Positions 26,771 to 32,000 of a DNA stretch of 32,000 nt are shown piece after piece; within the stretch, counting starts at the first letter, position 1, and every line of letters starts with the position of its first letter. A model generated the notes under the pieces. The model worked only from the letters and a program-made list of their open reading frames with translations, was not told the origin of the DNA and did not search any database. Position numbers and translations under genes: made by a program. The stretch comes from Candidatus Methanoperedens sp. (GTDB lineage: Archaea; Halobacteriota; Methanosarcinia; Methanosarcinales; Methanoperedenaceae): assembly GCA_027460535.1 (NCBI GenBank), contig JAPZAR010000020.1, positions 41,640-73,639 of the forward strand, given 5' to 3'.

Positions 26771-26832
26771 AAACCGCAGATGAATCAGAAAATGCAGATA
26801 CGCAGCAACAAATCAGCATTCATCTGCGGTTT
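26771..26832. repeat. 62-bp palindromic element: perfect 15-bp inverted repeat AAACCGCAGATGAAT / ATTCATCTGCGGTTT around a 32-nt core
   Basis: Arms are at 26771-26785 and 26818-26832. The core shares exact blocks of 14 nt and 11 nt with the reverse complement of 17684-17723. It lies 40 nt downstream of the pheS stop. Confidence 0.85.
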
Positions 26833-26871
26833 CCTTACTTATAAATTTTCAAAACCGGACCAAAATTTCCA

Positions 26872-28335
26872 TTATAAAACCGTGCTCTTCCTCAGCCAGT
26901 CGATATCGCTCTGGTAAAGCTCCCTTAAGTCCTTGAGCCCCAACCGCAGCATCGCCACCCGGCTAACACCGAGCCCCCATGCCAGCACGGGATATTTGAT
27001 ACCGAGCGGCAGAGTGACCTCTTTCCTGAACACTCCGGCTCCGCCGAGTTCCACCCACTTCCCCCTGCTCTCGATATACACTTCAGGCTCCACGCTTGGC
27101 TCTGTATAGGGGAAGTATCCCGGCCTGAAACGCACCTCCTCAAATCCCATCCTGTGATAGAATTCAGTGAGACAGCCGAGCAGGTTCTTGAAACTCACAC
27201 CTTTATCCATCACCACCCCTTCCAGCTGCTCGAATTCGGGCGTGTGCGTGGGGTCTATGGCCTCGCGCCTGTAAGCCCTGTCAATACAGAAGGCTTTCAA
27301 AGGCTGCTCGGGGTGGTCTGCGAGATATTTTATCGTAACAGCTGTGGTGTGGGTCCTTAGTACCTGTTTGCGCGCAACGCCCTCGCTCCACTTACCCCCC
27401 CAGCCCCTTGATATGCCGCCGCCTTTTTCATGCATCTCCCTGACCGGTTCGATGTATTCTTCAGGCAGGTCGCATTCCGTTGCAAGATGGAAAGTATCCT
27501 GCATCTCCCTCGCAGGATGGTCCTGCGGCTGGAAAAGGGCGTCGAAGTTCCAGAAGGAGCTCTGAACTATATCCCCTTTGATCTCAGTGAACCCCATCTC
27601 CAGGAAGATGGAGCGCATCTCGTTGATGAGGCGCTGGTAGGGATGGATCTTCGCGCCGTAGACCGGCTTTGCCGGAGTATGGATATTGTAAGGGCGGATC
27701 CTTGCTGTTTTCCAGATGCCGCTCGTGATAATTGTAGGTGTTAGCTGCGCTATTTCCTCTATTATGGGCAAACCGGAAGCTGCAAGTGCCTTCCCTTGTT
27801 CCGTGATCGAAATGATTCGGGTCTTTTTCTCTGTCTTTTCTACAAGGTTCCTTTTCAACAGGTCCCGTACAGCATCTCCAAGTTCTGAAAGCGGGCCCTT
27901 TTTGAGCTTTGCCAGAATATTCTCGTCTTCGCCCACTTCCGCTTTACCTGATGGGATTATCATCTCCCCCTCTATCTTTGCCCAATTCTTCTTGCGAAGC
28001 CACCCGAGTGCGATACCCACCATCGGGGGAGGGAACTTCTTTTTCAATTCGGAAAGTGAAAGAGGCGCGGTCAGTGAATTGATTATCTGGCGCTCGGGCA
28101 GGGAAAGCTGTGCGTATGTTTCACCTTCTTTTGTAAGGGTGTATATGGCCATGACTTTTTCCGTGACTTCGCAGAGGTTTTTTTCAGCAAGGAGGAAAGC
28201 TGATTGCACGGATGCTTCGATGCTGAGTTCTGAGACTTCGGAAAGACCTTCAGGAGAGTATCCATCTTTTTTGGAAAGAGCAAGCAGAACCCGTTTTTCG
28301 TTGTTGGTGAGGTTAAGTTCTTTTGGGAGCGTCAT
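26872..28335 (-). CDS. pheS: phenylalanine--tRNA ligase alpha subunit (archaeal type)
   Basis: 487 aa with N-terminal winged-helix repeats. The class II core has [43 protein letters not shown] and YRRE...[12 protein letters not shown]. Confidence 0.95.
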   Translation of the reverse strand: MTLPKELNLTNNEKRVLLALSKKDGYSPEGLSEVSELSIEASVQSAFLLAEKNLCEVTEKVMAIYTLTKEGETYAQLSLPERQIINSLTAPLSLSELKKKFPPPMVGIALGWLRKKNWAKIEGEMIIPSGKAEVGEDENILAKLKKGPLSELGDAVRDLLKRNLVEKTEKKTRIISITEQGKALAASGLPIIEEIAQLTPTIITSGIWKTARIRPYNIHTPAKPVYGAKIHPYQRLINEMRSIFLEMGFTEIKGDIVQSSFWNFDALFQPQDHPAREMQDTFHLATECDLPEEYIEPVREMHEKGGGISRGWGGKWSEGVARKQVLRTHTTAVTIKYLADHPEQPLKAFCIDRAYRREAIDPTHTPEFEQLEGVVMDKGVSFKNLLGCLTEFYHRMGFEEVRFRPGYFPYTEPSVEPEVYIESRGKWVELGGAGVFRKEVTLPLGIKYPVLAWGLGVSRVAMLRLGLKDLRELYQSDIDWLRKSTVL

Positions 28336-28422
28336 AAAACAGGCATTACAATGAACAGCAGGATATTTAATGATTTGTGGAATTCCTTCAGAGGTCTTAT
28401 ATGCGTGATAAAAACTGTGGAA

Positions 28423-28490
28423 GGTTGTTTCTGAAATAACAATCCTATTAGGTTGTTTTTTAAATTACACCTAAAAAAGATTGTTTTTAT
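28423..28490 (+). promoter_or_regulatory. G(G/A)TTGTTT motif repeated with exact 28-nt spacing, plus one inverted copy, upstream of the SatD-like HTH gene
   Basis: GGTTGTTT at 28423, GGTTGTTTTT at 28451 and GATTGTTTTT at 28479. The inverted copy AACAATCC is at 28438-28445. The last copy runs into TTTTTATATAC (TATA-like), and the ATG is at 28518. Confidence 0.35.
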
Positions 28491-28517
28491 ATACATGAAG
28501 GCGTATAGAGGAGATGT

Positions 28518-29159
28518 ATGGAAAAGCGGTACTATGTGGTGCTGTGCGACGTGATATCCTCACGCCGGATAAAAGATAAGCGGACTTTTCAAAAAAAATT
28601 AGAAACAACATGTACCATGGTAAACGCTACCTATAGCGGGAGCATACATGCAGGTTTCAAGATCCTGAAAGGGATTGATGAAATTGAAGGCGTTCTCTCA
28701 AATATATCGAATATCTACGAAATAATAGCCATGATACTGGAGCAACTCTATCCGGATTCGATGCGTTTCGTACTGGTGCAGGATTCTGTAGATATAGGGG
28801 TTGAGAGCCGTGATACGGCAAAAATGGATGGGCCTGCCTTCCACAAGGCCTCGGATTTGATGGAAGATCTCAAAAAGTCAAAACTGATGTTTGATATGTC
28901 CACGGGTTATGAATTAACCGATACGCTGATAGCAGGGGAGATTAACCTGATTCTATTATTGAAAAAAAATTGGTCGGCAAAACAGCACATGATAGTGAGG
29001 GAATACAGGAACACGGGTAACCAGAATGAGGTTGCAAAGGCCCTCGGAATAACGCAGCAGGCCGTCTCCAAAGTTCTCACTCGTTCGATGTGGAAGGAAA
29101 TCGGAGGCATCGAGGAAAGATTAATTCATGTCCTGCACCAAATGACCGTAAGGACGTGA
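28518..29159 (+). CDS. SatD-family-like protein with C-terminal helix-turn-helix
   Basis: The N-terminus YYVVLCDVISSRRIKDK resembles the SatD family start as I recall it. The C-terminal NQNEVAKALGITQQAVSKVLTRS is a sigma-70 region 4 / LuxR-like HTH. Confidence 0.65.
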   Translation: MEKRYYVVLCDVISSRRIKDKRTFQKKLETTCTMVNATYSGSIHAGFKILKGIDEIEGVLSNISNIYEIIAMILEQLYPDSMRFVLVQDSVDIGVESRDTAKMDGPAFHKASDLMEDLKKSKLMFDMSTGYELTDTLIAGEINLILLLKKNWSAKQHMIVREYRNTGNQNEVAKALGITQQAVSKVLTRSMWKEIGGIEERLIHVLHQMTVRT

Positions 29160-29165
29160 TGCCGG

Positions 29166-29534
29166 ATGCTCATGGATTTGAATATCATTCAAGTTGCCAT
29201 CCTTGCAGGGGGATATTTTGTGCTGCTTGCAACAAGCGGAGCAGTTGTGAATTACATTATTTCAAAGATATCGCAGGAACCACTAAGGCAAAAAATAAGT
29301 AAAGAGGTGCGTGATACTGGTTTTGTGATCGGGAAATGCGAAAACCTGCTTATACTTACTTTTATGATCCTGGAAGCATATACAGCCCTGGCGCTGGTGT
29401 TCGCTGCAAAAGCCATAGTGCGGCATGAGGATATGAGAAAGAACTCTTTATTTTTCCTGGCGGGGACCATGATCAATGTCACGTACTCGATAATGATGGG
29501 ACTTGTAGTAAGCCTCCTTATTGGCAAAGTCTAG
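29166..29534 (+). CDS. small integral membrane protein (about 4 TM), likely co-transcribed with the SatD-like gene
   Basis: 122 aa with several hydrophobic helices. It starts 6 nt after the upstream stop. Confidence 0.6.
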   Translation: MLMDLNIIQVAILAGGYFVLLATSGAVVNYIISKISQEPLRQKISKEVRDTGFVIGKCENLLILTFMILEAYTALALVFAAKAIVRHEDMRKNSLFFLAGTMINVTYSIMMGLVVSLLIGKV

Positions 29535-29547
29535 GCGCAATTATTTA

Positions 29548-29769
29548 TTAATCGTTTATGCCTTTAATGTCTTTGAGGAAAAGAAGAGGGAATATTCTAT
29601 TTCTGCGAAGATGGGCAAGTAAAGCCAGTCCGAAGAAACAGGCAAGGAGTGTCACCCACGAAGTTCGTGATGATTTCGAGACGTAAATAGCTTTCTTGCC
29701 GCCTGCCACTCCAGTTTTGATAGGTCGCAAAAGTTCACGGGAAACCTGAGAGATTGTATCGACCTCCAT
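29548..29769 (-). CDS. hypothetical small protein with one TM helix
   Basis: 73-aa ORF with a single hydrophobic segment WVTLLACFFGLALLAHL followed by RRNR. No family is recognised and the coding signal is weak. Confidence 0.3.
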   Translation of the reverse strand: MEVDTISQVSRELLRPIKTGVAGGKKAIYVSKSSRTSWVTLLACFFGLALLAHLRRNRIFPLLFLKDIKGIND

Positions 29770-29913
29770 CTAACTAATCAGGGGAATAGCAGCCTCAATT
29801 TCATAATTTTTCCTAATTTTCACAACTTCAGTGGCAACTTCCAATATATGGTTGTGTAACTGAGGATGCTTGAGAATTCCAATGAGTGACAATGAATTTA
29901 ACAGGGATAAGAA

Positions 29914-30117
29914 ATGGAAATTTCAAATGAGGATATAAAAATAGCAGAACAGATATCAGCGGGCAAGAATGAATTCGAAGACCTGGGGTTAGAAATCTGG
30001 AGAAAATTGCTGGGAAATACGGAACCGGACATCCCGACAAAAGGATGGGACAGGATTTCGATTGACGATGCTCAGGAAGTTGACTGGAATTGTTTATTAA
30101 CCGCCGCGGCTATTTAG
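29914..30117 (+). CDS. hypothetical acidic 67-aa protein
   Basis: An ORF lying 18 nt upstream of the next gene on the same strand. No family is recognised. Confidence 0.4.
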   Translation: MEISNEDIKIAEQISAGKNEFEDLGLEIWRKLLGNTEPDIPTKGWDRISIDDAQEVDWNCLLTAAAI

Positions 30118-30135
30118 GTATTTGAGGTAAGAATA

Positions 30136-30432
30136 ATGGAATCAGTCTACTTCTATGAAGATAAGGTGAGCAAAGATGTTGCACAAGCACTGGAAGATGA
30201 TTTTTTTAAGCGCATCGGTTATACAGTAAGGGAGTGCAAGCTTCTGGGGTCTGAACGCAAGGGTTATTTCCTGTATATCAAAGCCAATTCAGAAGACATC
30301 GATCGCGCAGAGGAAAGGTTGGAAGGCTGCGGGCTTGAAAAGCTCGTCGGGGAGGAAAAGAAAATAGTCACCGCCGCTTTTATCGCGGAAGAAGAAAATG
30401 CCGCAAGTGGCATGGGAATGATATTCGGTTAA
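30136..30432 (+). CDS. 98-aa protein with ribosomal-stalk (aP1/L12)-like acidic C-terminal tail
   Basis: A strong SD (GAGGT) lies 8-9 nt before the ATG. The C-terminus AEEENAASGMGMIFG is compared with the archaeal stalk tail consensus (acidic run + GLGALFG). Its stop codon overlaps the convergent gene's stop (TTAA at 30429-30432). Confidence 0.7.
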   Translation: MESVYFYEDKVSKDVAQALEDDFFKRIGYTVRECKLLGSERKGYFLYIKANSEDIDRAEERLEGCGLEKLVGEEKKIVTAAFIAEEENAASGMGMIFG

Positions 30433-31442
30433 ACTATTTTGCTGATTATCGCGTCCACCATCTCGCTTGTCTTTGAGCTTCCTCCCAGGTCGTAGGTCAG
30501 GTATTTTCCTTCAGCTATTACTTTTTCCGTGGCCTCGAAGATAGCCATGGAATTCTTGCCCTCCCCGAGATAATCGAGCAGCCACGCGCCTGCAAGCACA
30601 GTAGCCACAGGATTTACTTTATCCAGCCCCGCATATTTTGGCGCCGAGCCATGGGCAGGTTCGAACATGGCGTAGCTATCGCCGATATTTGCCGAGTATA
30701 TCAGACCTATGCTTCCCACGAGGGCAGAGCATTCCTCGCTCAGGATATCCATGAAGAGATTTGTGGATAAGAGGATTTTCTGGTTGAATATCTGCGGGTT
30801 CTTTATCAACTGCTGGGCGATATTATCGATATGGTATTCCTCCACTTCAATGGAATAATTTTCACCCACCTTTTTTACCTCCTCCAGGAATGTACCATCT
30901 GTCTGCTTCAGAATATTGCTCTTATGGATCGCCACCACGGCTTTCCATCCCCTGCGCACAGCTTCTTCAAATGCGTATCGTGCGACGTTCTGGCATGCAG
31001 GCTTCGTAATTTTCCTTATGGAAATAAAGACGTCATCCGTCAGCTGGACTTCCTTTGCAAAGTAGAACCCTTCAGTACCTTCTCTCACGCACACGAAATC
31101 AACATCTCCAAGAGGTTTCTGGGTATTAGGGAAAGATTTTATCGGCCTGACATTGGCATACAGGTTGAATTTCTGGCGAATAGACACTGCCACGCTCTTC
31201 GGGGAACCAGCGCCACCGGGCGTCGTAGTAGGACCTTTGAAGCCCGCATCAGTGCTTGCCAGAATATCCCAGGTCTCTTGAGGGATGAGTGAATCTCCGC
31301 CGTGCTTCCCCCACCACTCAGCTCCTGCTTCGCACATAATGAATTCAACATTGGTGCCGACAGCTTCCATTACACGGAGCATGCTGTTCACAAGCTCGGG
31401 TCCTACGCCGTCGCCTTTTATGACTGCTGCTTTCTTGCTCAT
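30429..31442 (-). CDS. isocitrate/isopropylmalate dehydrogenase family enzyme (isocitrate- or homoisocitrate-DH-like)
   Basis: Contains AVIKGDGVGPEL, KGPTTTP, LYANVRP, REGTEG-like (VREGTEGFY) and FEPAHGSAPKYAG. Size is 337 aa. Confidence 0.9.
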   Translation of the reverse strand: MSKKAAVIKGDGVGPELVNSMLRVMEAVGTNVEFIMCEAGAEWWGKHGGDSLIPQETWDILASTDAGFKGPTTTPGGAGSPKSVAVSIRQKFNLYANVRPIKSFPNTQKPLGDVDFVCVREGTEGFYFAKEVQLTDDVFISIRKITKPACQNVARYAFEEAVRRGWKAVVAIHKSNILKQTDGTFLEEVKKVGENYSIEVEEYHIDNIAQQLIKNPQIFNQKILLSTNLFMDILSEECSALVGSIGLIYSANIGDSYAMFEPAHGSAPKYAGLDKVNPVATVLAGAWLLDYLGEGKNSMAIFEATEKVIAEGKYLTYDLGGSSKTSEMVDAIISKIV

Positions 31443-31609
31443 AATGATCTTTCATCTCTAATTTGTCCACTCAATAAACCGAATCACTATTAAGTTTATC
31501 CAGATGGCCATTGCCAACGCTACTTCTACCAAAAAGTATTTGTCATAACAGCCTTGGATTTAATTGGTAAGCCATTGATAGCATATAGGCGCGGGACCCG
31601 AAAGGACAA

Positions 31610-31759
31610 ATGAAAAATAAATTTCCAAAAGGCTGGGACGAGAAGAGAGTGAAAACGCTTCGTTCTCATTATGAAAAACAAGATGAAGAAGAAGCCGTGA
31701 CAGAGGATGAAGCTGCATTTAAGAATAGAACGAAAACAGCTATGTGCCGTAATGCCTGA
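31610..31759 (+). CDS. 49-aa small ORF, possibly a truncated antitoxin-like acidic protein
   Basis: It falls below the ORF-track cutoff. MKNKFPKGWDEKRVKTLRSHYEKQDEEEAVTEDEAAFKNRTKTAMCRNA has a W-D-E-K-x-V...HYE-x-Q...EDEAAF pattern. This resembles small proteins I recall from archaeal and cyanobacterial accessory loci, but the usual C-terminal part is missing. Confidence 0.3.
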   Translation: MKNKFPKGWDEKRVKTLRSHYEKQDEEEAVTEDEAAFKNRTKTAMCRNA

Positions 31760-31866
31760 TATTTTGCAATAAGTTCACGGACTTTTGAAACTAACTGTGC
31801 TGAGACAAAAGCAGACAACACGTCTTAGGGCTTACCCAAAAATAAAATAGCGGTATTTTGGAAAAC

Positions 31867-32000
31867 AAACCGCAGATAAGCGTACTATTAACACTTTCGG
31901 TCAGCATTATCTTAACGGCGCTGGGGTTACGACCCCAGACCCCAACGGATGCGCCGCCGCTGGCGGGGTTTAACACGAAATCACCGGTTGCATATTTTCA
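31867..32000. repeat. third copy of the AAACCGCAGATAA repeat end, followed by GC-rich hairpins and running off the window
   Basis: AAACCGCAGATAAG at 31867-31880. Hairpins are CTGGGGT(TAC)G-ACCCCAG at 31921-31938 and CCGCC-GCT-GGCGG at 31954-31966. The GC content is far above the surrounding AT-rich spacer. Confidence 0.45.

Noticed and set aside
27716-28354. A 212-aa plus-strand ORF.

Similar long antisense ORFs occur at 7068..7640, 6028..6531, 5335..5712, 9731..10276, 12168..12626, 13528..14046, 20025..20351, 22007..22429, 25475..25939 and 30831..31292.
   Set aside because: Each lies entirely inside a well-supported gene on the opposite strand (pheS, proA, proB, the FeS subunit, cytochromes, the ALDHs, the SDH-like gene, the IDH-family gene). 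Their composition is low-complexity and Ser/Pro/Leu-rich, typical of shadow ORFs.
31791-31976. A 61-aa minus-strand ORF at the window end.
   Set aside because: It overlaps the repeat copy and the GC-rich hairpins. The peptide has no recognisable features.
1-32000. A search by eye for tRNA, rRNA, CRISPR arrays, long tandem repeats and intact transposase or integrase genes.
   Set aside because: I saw no T-loop/acceptor-like patterns, no regularly spaced direct repeats beyond the 3-4 unit array at 11471-11538, and no ORF with recognisable DDE, tyrosine or serine recombinase motifs. A computational scan (tRNAscan-SE, Infernal/Rfam, CRISPR finders, ISfinder) is needed to be sure.

Overview
This is dense, mostly chromosomal-looking DNA from a moderately AT-rich archaeon. 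The source is probably Methanosarcinales. Supporting signs are an archaeal-type PheRS alpha subunit, a PGF-CTERM sorting signal, a tungsten AOR, small methanogen-type Cys-rich proteins and very haem-rich secreted proteins. An ANME-2d/Methanoperedens-like origin is my guess and is unverified. All family calls come from motif recognition by eye, with no searches run.

Housekeeping genes are proA-proB, pheS, a Dus, a HemK-type methyltransferase, an isocitrate/isopropylmalate-DH family gene, an MFS transporter and a Mut7-C RNase.

Four regions stand out:
1. 7967-13644: a six-gene island with up to 29 haem-binding sites. It combines a DsrJOP/NrfBCD-like module (small anchored cytochrome, Tat-exported FeS protein, NrfD-type membrane subunit) with a NapC/NirT-type 13-haem protein. 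Each module is preceded by a paralogous secreted hexahaem cytochrome with a PGF-CTERM-like anchor. No catalytic subunit is present.
2. 19043-25905 (minus strand): an operon of two aldehyde dehydrogenases, a class-III aminotransferase, a saccharopine-dehydrogenase-like enzyme and a DUF1622/FNR-like pair. It also carries two embedded gene fragments (aminotransferase N-terminus, aconitase C-terminus).
3. A dispersed AAACCGCAGAT repeat family at about 17471-17723, 26771-32 and 31867 onward. One copy carries a GC-rich array of perfect hairpins.
4. 30136-30432: a 98-aa protein ending in a ribosomal-stalk (aP1)-like tail.

I recognised no rRNA, tRNA or CRISPR array.
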